From Eledone cirrhosa (lineage: Eukaryota), in assembly GCA_964016885.1 (NCBI GenBank), contig OZ024747.1, forward strand, positions 67,704,001-67,768,000: a stretch of 64,000 nucleotides of DNA. The letters are read 5' to 3'. Made by a program: the position numbers and the translations under genes. Below are positions 40,850 to 54,149 of the stretch, one piece after another. Each line of letters starts with the position of its first letter. Position 1 is the stretch's first letter. The notes beneath the pieces are model-generated. The model ran no database searches, was not told the DNA's origin, and was given only the letters and a program-made list of their open reading frames with translations.

Positions 40850-41403
40850 CGAGGAGGCTTCAAAACGTTCGTGGAAAAGGGACTTTGGAAAGAACGGTTT
40901 AAGTTATGATGTTTACTTTTTAACATATGCTCCATCTAGGTCAAAACACTTCTACAAGTATTGATACCAGCCTTTAAGTTCATCTGTGTAAAACTGAGGG
41001 CCATGTGATTTAAACCATATCAAAGCAGCTTTTTATACATCTTCAACTGGGATCATCTTCAACCTCATCTCTTTCACTTCTAAAACGACTTATCCATTTG
41101 TAAGTTGTTGATTTCTTTGGGGCATAAACTTTGTCCCCATAAACTTACTCCAGGCCGTCAAAGATTTGGCTGCTCTTCCACCTTAGCCTCACCATGAATT
41201 TGATGTTTTGATGAAGGCTATGTTGCTAGAGTGGGTGCTGACTTCTGACTGGCGGCGCCGCGTTGCAACACATATTTAAAGGTTAATATTAGAACATATT
41301 ATGATACGTTAGTATGAGAACGTACAGATGCATTGAGATAAAAATCCCTGCATATGATGTTTAGCTAAGTACTTTTTCCACGAACGTTTTGAAACCCCCC
41401 TCG
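40850..41403 (-). mobile_element. Internally deleted mariner, Hsmar2-like (irritans subfamily)
   Basis: TA TSDs and ~31-bp TIRs CGAGG..G.TTCAAAACGTTCGTGGAAAA. Minus-strand remnants NIKFMVRLRWKSSQIFDGLE*VYGD...APKKSTTYKWISRFRSERDEVEDDP and AALIWFKSHGPQFYTDELKGWYQYL*KCFDLDGAYVKK*. Confidence 0.88.
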
Positions 41404-41491
41404 TATATAGAGAGCGTGACAGACGGACTGACAGACACGACTCTTATTATAATATAAATTTTCGACTATATACGTACCATTATATTTAGTA

Positions 41492-42074
41492 CTAGCAGTG
41501 GTACCCGGCATTGCACGGGATAAGGTATTTTGGAACGCGGGCCGCCAACAGACCTAATCGTGGAAAAACTGCATGCCTGGACAATATGTAAAGAAAATAA
41601 ACCGAATACTCTGATTGTTGGATAATCTTTAAGATTTTCTCGATGAAGCAGGAAAAATGCAGGTTTTCACCTAATGCGGGCCCTAGGGGATCATTTATGT
41701 GCATAATATGCCTTGAAATTTCGGGAAAAATCGGCTAGGCGTAACGCCCCCAAGAAGCCCTAAGAAGCTGAACAAATGAAGTTTTTCACCTAATGCGGGC
41801 CCTAGGCCATAAAAAAGTTGGATTTTCTTTGCTTACGGTATAAAGAAGAGACTGACTAATACATAGTTACAATTTCAAGGAAATCGGTCTGACGTAACGT
41901 CTCAAAAACCCCTAAAATTGTTAAAAAACGCAGTTTTTACCTAATGCGGGCCATAGGAGATAAAAGAGTTGAATTTTTTTAATGTGCATAACACTCCCTG
42001 AAACAAGTAAAACACATGTAAAGTTTGAAAACATCGGTTGGGTACTTCTAGAGTTTTAGGGATTCAAACTCACA

Positions 42075-42121
<47 letters not shown>

Positions 42122-42415
42122 ACATCCTCAGGGAAGTGACGTAATGCAGACAGTCAGACATACAGACAGATATTATAAGGGCGCGACGTTATAAGTATGT
42201 ATCTATCTAAAAAGAGAAAGACTAAGAATTATAGAGCGAGATCCCTAAATCGCCTAGGGCATTGAAAATTTGAAATTTGTTTTGCTTAGAACACTCCCTG
42301 AAACATAAGTATTACATATGTAAAGTTTGAAAACAGTCGGTTGGGTGCTTCTCTAGTTTTAGGGATTCGAACTCACACACACACAGACATCCTCAGTTTT
42401 ATATATATATATAGA
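41492..42415 (-). mobile_element. Non-autonomous Helitron
   Basis: 5' A|TCTATATATATATAAAACTGAGGATGTCTGTGTG and 3' CCCG-TGCAATGC-CGGG hairpin + CTAG|T. Internal acctaatgcgggcc occurs three times, and there is an internal duplication. Confidence 0.85.
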
Positions 42416-42669
42416 TATCAACATTTTTGTGCCTTTATCTTTTAGTTTTACTTTTGTTATCTTTATATTTTATGTTAATTTTTTATCTTTGATTTGTTTG
42501 CGGGATTGTTGGGTTATATAACTTTCCTTTTGCAGTAGAGTGGCCTTTAACAGCTGAAGAACCAATAACACAAGGAGTCGATATATAATTGTAAACCGTT
42601 TTCAGTAATCGCTGGTGAGATACGTGTGAAGGAATAAACATATGTTAAAATGATATTTCTCTTTTCTAG

Positions 42670-42723
<54 letters not shown>

Positions 42724-42822
42724 CGTATATATATATATATAGTGAAAGATTGAAAAATAACATGGTCGGCTGTACAAAACTATGGAAACCTCTTGTTGAA
42801 TCAAACAACGCCGTACGTTATA

Positions 42823-42872
<50 letters not shown>

Positions 42873-42887
42873 ATATATGTATATATA

Positions 42888-42987
<100 letters not shown>

Positions 42988-43757
42988 TCATACACAGGTA
43001 TACAAAGGTACGACAGTGTTCAAGATTAATTGTTTATTGTTGGGTTTCTATGAAAATTTCGTTATTTTCTCTTAACTTCATAGTGAATGAAGTAGTGATA
43101 ATCGCGCTATTATTGCCGCATTATTCTTGTTGACAACTATAGATCAAGCGAACGATTTTGTCACCGATAAAATAATCTTCACTGGAATTTATGTTCGTTA
43201 ACAGTTTATAGCAAAATTGTACTTTAGCAAGCTTTTTTATTGAACGAAACTGCGGAGAGTGCGAAAATCCTGGCCCTTTTATCAAACAAAGCCTTCCTCT
43301 CTGAACAGGGCTTCTTCTTTAAGCGAGATCCCAGCTTCAAACAGAGCTCCTGCTACCTTTTAAGAAAGAAGCCCTTAACATAGACATAATCTTATCTTTA
43401 GAAAATATGTTTTTAAAGTGTTTTAGTTTGCTTGAAGCATTGTGGAATAAGGGATACAAATACATTTAAGAAATAAGTTTGGTTATTTGGAACCTCAACA
43501 GTGCGTATGAGATAAAAGTGCCAAGGTAATAAGAACTTGAGAAAATAGAGAAAAAAACGAAAACAAAAGAACTGAGATAAAGAGTGGGGGCGATAGCAGG
43601 TTACCTTTTAATGTTCCTCTAATAACGGATTTACTATCCATTATTAAAGGGAATCCGTAGGGGGGACCTTAGAGAGAAACCTGAGAAATGTCGTGGTGGG
43701 GCAGTTCGATTCAATTTTAATGAAAAATATTTGGGATCATTAATGTATATATATATG

Positions 43758-43796
<39 letters not shown>

Positions 43797-43798
<2 letters not shown>

Positions 43799-43979
43799 AG
43801 GAGACCAGGGGTTAGACCCCGAGCAAGATGGTTGGATAACATCTATGAGTTTGGTTGGTCTCGCTTGGAGATCAAGCCGGATCAGTTGGAGAGGGGTGCT
43901 TCTGTCAGGACAGGACACGCTGGAAGGAGTGTTTGAGGACTTTGCCCCCAAGACCCTCTCAGGAATACGTAGGTAAAGA

Positions 43980-43980
<1 letters not shown>
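43797..43980 (+). mobile_element. 3' end of an RTE-clade (Rex3/Expander-like) LINE
   Basis: RRPGVRPRARWLDNIYEFGWSRLEIKPDQLER...RWKECLRTLPPRP resembles RTE ORF C-termini. Confidence 0.75.
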
Positions 43981-44049
<69 letters not shown>

Positions 44050-44447
44050 TCAAAACGCCTTCTGCTTCAAAATTTTGATGATTGAGGGTATTTTTAATGG
44101 GTCGTTTTTGTTGTTGATTTTTTTTATTTTCATTATTAGGTCTCTGAAATCTGGCAAATACATTCCGACGTAATATCCTGTTTTAAGAAAGAAAAGATTT
44201 AAAAAATATTTATTTACATTTCATATTTTTATCCTTTCTTTAAATGATTTCCTGACTTATTTGAAATGGCTCTTGTTTTTTTTAATTTAATTTCTTCCAA
44301 ATATTCACACATGTTTGTTTTACTGCTGTTGATGTTGTGTTTGTTGCTATTGCTTAGTTCCTTGAAAACATTGATCAAAGATGCTGCTGTTTTTAACCTT
44401 AAAGTGTTAATATATATTTATTTATTTACAATATATTAGTTTGTGAT

Positions 44448-44782
44448 TTAAGCACAAAGCCAACAATTTGAGTTGGGGTGTTGTTGTCGTTGGTGGTGGT
44501 GGTGGTGTCGAAAGGCGATTAAATCGACGCAGGCGCGTGACAGGTACTTTAGTTTAGTTTGGTTTTCTCGCTTGTTTCTTTCCCTCTCCTTCCAGCGTGT
44601 CCTGCCCTGACAGAAGCACCCCTCTCCAACTGATCCGGCTTGATCTCCAAGCGAGACCAACCATAAGGATGAAAGGCAAATCTAACATTGGCGGGCTTTG
44701 AACTCAGAACGAAAAGCGACGTGACTATATACCGCAAATCATTTTGTCCGACGCTCTACCTATACTGCCAATCCACCGCCCT
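44448..44782 (-). mobile_element. SINE copy interrupted by an RTE 3' fragment (~44590-44663)
   Basis: SINE head and tail flank a segment that matches the reverse complement of 43852-43928. Confidence 0.7.
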
Positions 44783-44944
44783 TATTATCAAAAAGAAAGT
44801 TTTGGTGGCCGTGGTGTTGTTTCACCTTGCTGTTGTTGTTTAACCCTAGGTCAAAGCGGATCTAGCAGACCTATGATGAATACCATGTGACAAATTCCAT
44901 TTTATTTCTGTGTACGCTGTTTTAATAAAATGCAATATTCAAAC

Positions 44945-47900
44945 ATTCAACACTATATAACAGCCAGAGTTAATAACAAACACTATATAACAGCGATAGT
45001 TAATAACAAACACTATATAACAGCGATAGTTAATAAAAAACACTATATAACAGCCAGAGTTAATAACAAACACTATATAACAGCGATAGTTAATAACAAA
45101 CACTATATAACAGCGATTGTTAATAACAAACACTATATAACAGCGATAGTTAATAACAAACACTATATAATAGCCATAGTTAATAACAAACACTATATAA
45201 CAGCGATAGTTAATAACAAACACTATATAACAGCGATAGTTAATAACAAACACTATATAACAGCCATAATAACAAACACTATATAACAGCCATAGTTAAT
45301 AACAAACACTATATAACAGCCAGGGTTAATAACAAACACTATATAACAGCCATAGTTAATAACTAACACTATATAACAGCCATAGTTAATAACTAACACT
45401 ATATAACAGCCTTAGTTAATAACAAACACTATATAACAGCGATAGTTAATAACAAACACTATATAACAGCCATAGTTAATAACAAACACTATATAACAGC
45501 CAGAGTTAATAACAAACACTATATAACAGCGATAGTTAATAACAAACACTATATAACAGCCATAGTTAATAACAAACACTATATAACAGACATAGTTAAT
45601 GACAAACACTATATAACAGCCATAGTTAATAACAAACACTATATAACAGCCATAGTTAATAACAAACACTATATAACAGCCATAGTTAATAACAAACACT
45701 ATATAACAGACATAGTTAATAACAAACACTATATAACAGCCATAGTTAATAACAAACACTATATAACAGCCATAGTTAATAACAAACACTATATAACAGC
45801 CATAGTTAATAACAAACACTATATAACAGCCATAGTTAATAACAAACACTATATAAAAGCCATAGTTAATAACAAACACTATATAACAGCGATAGTTAAT
45901 AACAAACACTATATAACAGCCATAGTTAATAACAAACACTATATAACAGCGATAGTTAATAACAAACACTATATAACAGCCATAGTTAATAACAAACATT
46001 ATATAACATCCATAGTTAATAACAAACACTATATAACGGCCATGGTTAATAACAAACACTATATAACAGCCATAGTTAATAACAAACACTATATAACAGC
46101 CATAGTTAATAACAAACACTATATAACAGCCATAGTTAATAACAAACACTATATAAAAGCCATAGTTAATAACAAACACTATATAACAGCGATAGTTAAT
46201 TACAAACACTATATAACAGCCATAGCCAATAACAAACACGATATAAAAGCCATAGTTAATATCAAGCACAATATAACAGCCATAGTTAATAACAAACAAT
46301 ATATAACAGCCATAGTTAATAACAAACACTATATAACAGCGATAGTTAATAACAAACACTATATAACAGCGATAGTTAATAACAAACACTATATAACAGC
46401 CATAGTTAATAACAAACACTATATATCAGCGATAGTTAATAACAAACACTATATAACAGCCATAGTTAATAACAAACATTTTATAACAGCCAGAGTTAAT
46501 AACAAACACTATATAACAGCCATAGTTAATAACAAACACTATATAACAGCCATAGTTAATAACAAACACTATATAACAGCGATAGTTAATAACAAACACT
46601 AAATAACAGCGATTGTTAATAACAAACACTATATAACAGCCATAGTTAATAACAAACACTATATAACAGCTGTAGTTAATAACAAACACTATATAACAGC
46701 CATAGTTAATAACAAACACTATATAACAGCCATAGTTAATAACAAACACTATATAACAGCCATAGTTACTAACAAACACTATATAACAGCCAGAGTTAAT
46801 AACAAACACTATATAACAGCCATAGTTAATAACAAATACTATATAACAGCGATAGTTAATAACAAACACTATATAACAGCGATTGTTAATAACAAACACT
46901 ATATAACAGCGATAGTTAATAACAAACACTATATAACAGCCATAGTTAATAACAAACACTATATAACAGCCATAGTTACTAACAAACACTATATAACAGC
47001 CAGAGTTAATTACAAACACTATATAACAGCCATAGTTAATAACAAACACTATATAACAGCCATAGTTAATAACAAACACTATATAACAGTCAGAGTTAAT
47101 AACAAACACTATATAACAGCCATAGTTAATAACAAACACTATATAGCAGCCATAGTTAATAACTAACACTATATAACAGCGATAGTTAATAACAAACACT
47201 ATATAACAGACATAGTTAATAACTAACACTATATAACAGCCATAGTTAATAACAAACACTATATAACAGCGATAGTTAATAACAAACACTATATAACAGC
47301 GATAGTTAATAACAAACGCTAAATAACAGCGATTGTTAATAACAAACACTATATAACAGCCATAGTTAATAACAAACACTATATAACAGCTGTAGTTAAT
47401 AACAAACACTATATAACAGCCATAGTTAATAACAAACACTATATAACAGCCATAGTTAATAACAAACACTATATAACAGCCATAGTTACTAACAAACACT
47501 ATATAACAGCCAGAGTTAATAACAAACACTATAAAACAGCGATAGTTAATAACAAACACTATATAACAGCCATAGTTAATAACTAACACTATATAACTGC
47601 CATAGTTAATAACAAACACTATATAACAGCCATAGTTAATAACAAACACTATATAACAGCCATAGTTAATAACAAACACTATATAATAGCCATAGTTAAT
47701 AACAAACACTATATAACAGCCATAGTTAATAACAAACACTATATAACAGCCATAGTTAATAACAAACACTATATAACAGCCATAGTTAATAACAAACACT
47801 ATATAACAGCCATAGTTAATAACAAACACTATATAACAGCCATAGTTAATAACAAACACTATATAACAGCGATAGTTAATAACAAACACTATATAACAGC

Positions 47901-48738
47901 CATAGTTAATAACAAACACTATATAACAGCCATAGTTAATAACAAACACTATATAATAGCCATAGTTAATAACAAACACTATATAACAGCCATAGTTAAT
48001 AACAAACACTATATAACAGCGATAGTTAATAACAAACACTATATAACAGCCATAGTTAATAACAAACACTATATAACAGCCATAGTTAATAACAAACACT
48101 ATATAACAGCCATAGTTAATAACAAACACTATATAATAGCCATAGTTAATAACAAACACTATATAACAGCCATAGTTAATAACAAACACTATATAACAGC
48201 CATAGTTAATAACAAACACTATATAACAGCCATAGTTAATAACAAACACTATATAACAGCCATAGTTAATAACAAACACTATATAACAGCCATAGTTAAT
48301 AACAAACACTATATAACAGCCATAGTTAATAACAAACACTATATAACAGCGATAGTTAATAACAAACACTATATAACAGCCATAGTTAATAACAAACACT
48401 ATATAACAGCCATAGTTAATAACAAACACTATATAACTGCGATAGTTAATAACAAACACTATATAATAGCCATAGTTACTAACAAACACTATATAACAGC
48501 CATAGTTAATAACAAACACTATATAACAGACATAGTTAATAACAAACACTATATAACTGCCATAGTTAATAACAAACACTATATAATAGCCATAGTTACT
48601 AACAAACACTATATAACAGCCATAGTTAATAACAAACACTATATAACAGCCATAGTTAATAACAAACACTATATAACAGCCATAGTTAATAACAAACACT
48701 ATATAACAGCCATAGTTAATAACAAACACTATATAACA
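44945..48738. repeat. 3.8-kb 30-bp minisatellite (AACAAACACTATATAACAGCCATAGTTAAT)n, ~126 units
   Basis: Direct inspection; phase is unbroken from ~45268 to the end. Confidence 0.99.
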
Positions 48739-49051
48739 AAACAAAACCACAAAAGAGAGGAAAAAGGAAGGAAAGGGCTAGGATTGTTAAGCAAAGAAAA
48801 AAGTGGGAAAGAAAGAAGCTGACAGACTCTACATCTATGTGAGAGTGGTGTTTCGGCTGCACCCTGCGGAAAAAATGACAAGGCCATTGCCGCGGGCAAT
48901 GGCCAGCGACACCCACTGCAACAACCATGCCACATTGCAGAACTCCTTCCTCAGACGGGCTGCTGCTATGATAAAATACTAAGGTGTGTTTTAAGGGCGA
49001 TTAGCTGCATTTCCTTTTAGGCTAAATAGCTATTTCAATATTCATTGATAG

Positions 49052-49580
49052 TGGGGTCGATAAAATAAAGTACCAGTAATGCACTGGAGTCGATTTAATC
49101 GACCCCCCCCCCCCAAAAAAAAATTGTCGGCCTTGTTCCTAAATCAGAAACCAATATTCATTGATAGTGGCAGAGTTAATAATAGTTTCTGATTTAGCAC
49201 AAACAATTTTGTGGGAGATGAAAATCGTTTAAATCGACCCAGTGCGTCATTGGTACTTTATTTTATCGACCCGTAAAGGTGAAAGTCAAAAGTAACATTT
49301 GAAATCAGATCGTAAAGAACTCTATACTGCGAAGCAAGGGGTCCGACGCTCTACCGACACTGCCAATCCACCGTCCTTGGCGGAATTAAATAATTGTTTC
49401 TACTTTTGGTACAAGGTCAGCAATTTTCCCAGTGCATTACTGGTACTTTATTTTATCGACCCCGTAAGGACGAAAGGCAAAGTTAACCTCGGCGGGATTT
49501 GAACTCCGAACATAAAGGGCCGTAACTCAATGCTGCAGAGCATGGCGCCCGACCCTCTACCGATACTGCCAATCTACCGT
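49052..49580. mobile_element. Cluster of three SINE pieces: 49052-49155 (+), 49180-49378 (-), 49389-49580 (-)
   Basis: All match the family consensus; the last retains A box-like TGGCAGTATCGG and B box GAGTTCAAATCC on the minus strand. Confidence 0.85.
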
Positions 49581-50220
49581 AGAAGGTGGTGGCCATAGTG
49601 GTGGTTGCTCTCGTCATCGTCGTTGTTGTTGTTGGTGGTGATGGTGGCAACTGTAGTGTGAGTTTGGTGTTGGAGTTGGTGCTGGTGATGGTGCTGGTGT
49701 TGATGTGGTTGATGCTGAAGGTATTGTTTATGGTAGTTATTACTGACGTGTGGATTAAGAAACGAGACGTATTTAAAGTATTTTTTTTTTCTTGGTGGTA
49801 TTGAGAACGATTTTAGGCCAGCCATTTGGGGAATATCTCCCCCCCCCCCACCCCTGCCTCGCCCTCTCCACGCACACACTCACGTGTTCACACATACATA
49901 CGTACACACGCACTTACAACCCGTTTGAAATTATGCAGACATCTATCAACACACATTCACAGAGACAGTCACAACACATATAGTCTCATTGTAACCCTCA
50001 CACACAGAAATAAAACAAAACGACACATACATAGGAACACTCACATATATATACATATAAAAACATATTCAAATATTATAGTTACGTATGAACACGCATA
50101 CACACACATCAAGAAAGATGCACGTTGGCCCACACTAATATGCCTGTATGCATGTATACATATATACATACATACGCACATACACACATAAACACTTACA
50201 CTCTCACACTCGTATATATA

Positions 50221-51018
50221 CGAGATGGGTCAGAAAAGTTCCAGGACTGATGTCACAAAAGATTTATTTCAAACTCAAACTTCACACTAAGAGTTTTCTC
50301 CTTCAAAGTAATCCCCTTGGAGTATGTAACTGTAATCTTAGCTCTCTGCAGCGATCAAACTTTTTTCTTTATAATTTTATGTACATGTCCTCTGTTTCAG
50401 GTCGTCAAGCAATGAACACAGAGCAACGAACAAACTTGAAAACTCCGTCAGAAGCACTGGGATTGCTGCAGCAAGTGTATGGAGATGAGATGATGTCACG
50501 CTCACGTGTTTTTGAGTGGTGCAAGAGGTTTAAAGAAGGACGCAAGGACGTGGAAGATGATCCCAGGAGCGGTAGGCCCACAACAACCAGGACTGAGGTC
50601 AACGTTGAGCGCGTCAGGCAGATGGTGCGTAGCGATCGTCGGCTGACTGTTCGACTGATGGCAAATGAGCTGGACATGAATCGGGACAGCGTCTGGAAGA
50701 TTCTCACTGAAGATTTGGACATGCGGAAAGTCTGCGCGAAGATGGTGCCAAAACTGCTGAACGATGACCAGAAGGGTCGACGCATGCAAGTGTGCCAGGA
50801 CATCCTCGAGCGTCTTGAAACCGAACCAGACTTGCTAGGGACAGTCATCACCGGTGATGAGTCATGGATCTTCGAGTACGCTAGCGTGGCAGAAAAGGAT
50901 AGAAAATTGCATTAGACTCCAGGGGGATTACTTTGAAGGAAAAAACTCTTAGTATGAAGTTTGGGTTTGAAATAAATCTGTTGTGATATCAGTACTTGAA
51001 CTTTTCTGACCCACCTCG
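50221..51018 (+). mobile_element. Internally deleted mariner with ~100-bp imperfect TIRs and TA TSD
   Basis: TA|CGAGATGGGTCAGAAAAGTTC...CCCCTTGGAGT at the left end and ACTCCAGGGG...GAACTTTTCTGACCCACCTCG|TA at the right end. Confidence 0.93.
50412..50915 (+). pseudogene. Truncated mariner transposase (HTH domains plus first catalytic D)
   Basis: VYGD..MSRSRVFEWCKRFKEGR..VEDDPRSGRP, KVCAKMVPKLL and ITGDESWIFEY, then deleted. Confidence 0.92.
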
Positions 51019-51271
51019 TATATATATGAAAAATTCGGGACCCAACGGCTGAGCTCCTGCCGTTTCAACAGCTTACCCACTCTACTACCCCAGGTATTGA
51101 GTAATCTGGCGAGTAATGGTCTAACTAGTTTTTACCGCTTTCATTCTGATATGTGTGTGTGTGTGTGTGTATATGTATGTATCTAAATTATAATAAAGGA
51201 AGGTCTGCGGGACTGCATACGGTTTATTATTTTTTTTATCCCGTTAGTAAAATAATCTGGATTACTTTGAA

Positions 51272-51468
51272 TAAATAATTGTTTCTACTTTAGGCACAAG
51301 GCCAGCAATTACCGAGTGCATTACAGGTACTTTATTTTATCGACCCCGTAAAGATGAAAGGCAAAGTCAACCTCGGCGGGATTTGAACTCGGATCGTAAA
51401 GGGACGTAACTATGCTGTAAAGCATGGTGTCCGACCCTATACTGATACTGCCAATCCACCGCCCTCCA
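51272..51468 (-). mobile_element. tRNA-derived SINE, near full length
   Basis: Minus strand: ggagggcggtggattggcagtatc...gagttcaaatcccgccgaggttgactttgcctttcat...gtagaaac(aattatt). Confidence 0.9.
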
Positions 51469-51946
51469 TTAGTTTGAATAAATAATGAATGAATATTACA
51501 TAATTTATCTACTAAATTTCGTAAACAAAAATAATTTCGTAAAAATAAATAATTTAAAATTGACTTCTTTTCAAAGTTGCACTTCCGGTATATCGTTGCC
51601 ACCACCAACACTTCAACTACCATATATATATAGAAAGAGAGTGTGTGATGTCAACAGTTCCGATGGCGATCACTTAAATAAACATATTAATTTTCTGTCA
51701 CTAATTTTCTCCTAATGCAGTTTATATATGATATCGTCTTTTTTAAATGTATCATGGATTACGTTACTGATTACAGAAGACAGTGTAACAACGTCTTCGT
51801 ACAATTTCTATGTATTATATATTGTCAATTACGATTTTATTTGATGTATCATATCTACATGTATATATACTTGGGTATAATATCAATATACACACTACAC
51901 ATGCTAGCAGAAAACCACCGAAGGGTGGTTTTTCTGTTAGTATATA

Positions 51947-52085
51947 TAATAATAATAGTTTCTACTTATAGCACAAGGCCAGCAATTACCCAGTACATTA
52001 CTGGTACTTTATTTTATCGATCCCGTAAGGATGAAAGGCAAAGTTAACCTCGGCGGGATTTGAACTCAGTCCGTAAAGGGACGTA
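51947..52085 (-). mobile_element. 5'-truncated SINE
   Basis: Matches the family consensus. Confidence 0.85.
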
Positions 52086-52229
52086 AATAATAATACAAGG
52101 ACGAATGGTTAAGTCTTCATTACGTTTATTGGTTGTTGACGCGCGGTCCGCAATTGATCAGCTCAAGGTTCCATCTGTATCGATCTGACCCGACTCTGGA
52201 ATCAAAAGGTCGTCGGACCTCTGTTGTAG

Positions 52230-52296
<67 letters not shown>

Positions 52297-52302
<6 letters not shown>

Positions 52303-52698
52303 GTCTCCCAAAAATGTATACACACTTTGATGACCTGTACAAGCAATATTTATTAGAATGCACAACCTTCCCCCACCGCACCCCACCATGAACTACAGAC
52401 AATTCAATTGTATATAAACACCCCAAAATGTTTACATAATTCAAATAATTATTTTTACTTTTGGCACAAGGCCAGCAATTACTCAGTACATTACTGGTAC
52501 TTTATTTTATCGATCCTGTAAGGATGAAAGGCAAAGTCAACCTCGACGGGATTTGAACTGAGACCGTGAAGAGACGTAACTATGCTAGAAAGCATGGCGT
52601 CCAACCCTCTACCGATACTGCCAATTCACCAGAAAAGAGCATTTAATTTCATGCAATCTTTCTGCTGTTGAAGTGTGTATACATTTTTTAGGATACCC

Positions 52699-52700
<2 letters not shown>
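52297..52700. mobile_element. Tc1/mariner-type MITE in (TA)n, with a nested SINE (52443-52630, -)
   Basis: TIRs agggtgtctcccaaaaatgtatacacactt / aagtgtgtatacattttttaggataccct. A ~75-bp version is at 58274-58348. Confidence 0.75.
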
Positions 52701-52795
<95 letters not shown>

Positions 52796-52881
52796 GTGAG
52801 GTTTTTTTTACAAAATGAAAAATAACCGAGGTGTCCTACACGAGTGAAAGTATAAAGAAAAAGAGATGAAATCGAAAATGC

Positions 52882-52972
<91 letters not shown>

Positions 52973-53309
52973 GGAGAAAAGACGTCGGTGATGGCTTTCA
53001 ATCAGGAATATATTTTCCGTGCTATTTCCAATTCCACACTTTACCTATAACCCCTGTTTTGTATAGAACCTTACTCCCTTTTCATAGCGCACAAATATAC
53101 CTCTTTTTACAAAACGGTTTTTTTTTTTCATTTCAGGTAGACGCGCTCCATCATCATTCACTTTTCTAAAAAATAAATCATACACAAAACGCCAGCACCA
53201 GCAGTTTTGCAAGAGATGTCAACATGAATGGTCCTGTTATTTTTATCTAAAGACATTTTTTCCAATACCAGCCAGCCCGTCCCCTCAATCTATCTTATTT
53301 ATCATTCTT

Positions 53310-53345
53310 TCTTCTGATGAAGGACTAGCGTCCGAAACATTAAGA
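53310..53345 (+). ncRNA. Minimal hammerhead motif in a pseudo-LTR-like fragment (53270-53430)
   Basis: TCTT CTGATGA A GGAC TAGC GTCC GAA ACAT T AAGA. Stem III ACAT is probably a CpG-decayed ACGT palindrome. Confidence 0.7.
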
Positions 53346-53427
53346 CCCTCTTCCTGCTATATCAAGCGTTAACCTAATATATCCCTTCCATATACTGTAC
53401 CGTTTGTGATGTTATTTCTGTTTACCT

Positions 53428-53459
<32 letters not shown>

Positions 53460-53474
53460 CATACATACATACAT

Positions 53475-53556
<82 letters not shown>

Positions 53557-53620
53557 ATTTCATTGTTTAACATTATATATATATCTGTTATTTTAATAAA
53601 TGTTTGCTCTATGGTTCTTA

Positions 53621-53734
<114 letters not shown>

Positions 53735-53909
53735 GTATCCACAGTAAGTTGTGGGGTCTATTCTGCATGAAGAACTCAATGTAATCCATATGTTGAAAAT
53801 GTTGTAGGTTAAGATAAATCCCGGAAAACAATTAAACATTAAAAGGAAAACAGAGTCATGATATAAGTTAAAACAATGAAATAAAAAATCAAGTCATTAG
53901 AGATATACT

Positions 53910-54053
53910 TCACTGCTTTACAATCGTTTCTAGGTGATAATAATACATTGTAGCTATACTCCGTTATTGATCTATGTAAGGTTAGTTACAAAATATCAGA
54001 TAAAGAGAATATTTACTTACATGCAAATCACCAGCTGTTTTCAAAAGCAATAA
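53910..54053 (-). ncRNA. U3-A8 hammerhead, inverted pseudo-LTR copy
   Basis: Minus strand: TTATTGCTT TTGAAAA CAGCTGGTGAT...ATCACCTA GAA ACGATTGT A AAGCAGTGA. Confidence 0.65.
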
Positions 54054-54149
54054 TAATTTTATTCAGAATTAGTTGTATGTTAGTATCATGTCCTTGTTTG
54101 GAGGTAGTTGAAGAACTAACCAATCAAATTCTTCGATTTCTCCAATTCT

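Noticed and set aside
42544-42632. CTGAAGA-ACCA...TGGT-GAGA motif; similar weak hits at 3615-3670 and 53765-53810
   Set aside because: Several core mismatches and poor stem I pairing; possibly dead HHRs but not supportable.
44930-48750. Repeat ORFs or CRISPR-like array
   Set aside because: Units are contiguous with no unique spacers and no cas genes; eukaryotic context.
48810-48965. GC-richer segment with hairpin ggccattgc-cgcgg-gcaatggcc, possibly a LINE 3' scrap
   Set aside because: No diagnostic motif to assign it.
49500-49580. tRNA gene suggested by A/B boxes
   Set aside because: The boxes belong to SINE heads; no cloverleaf.
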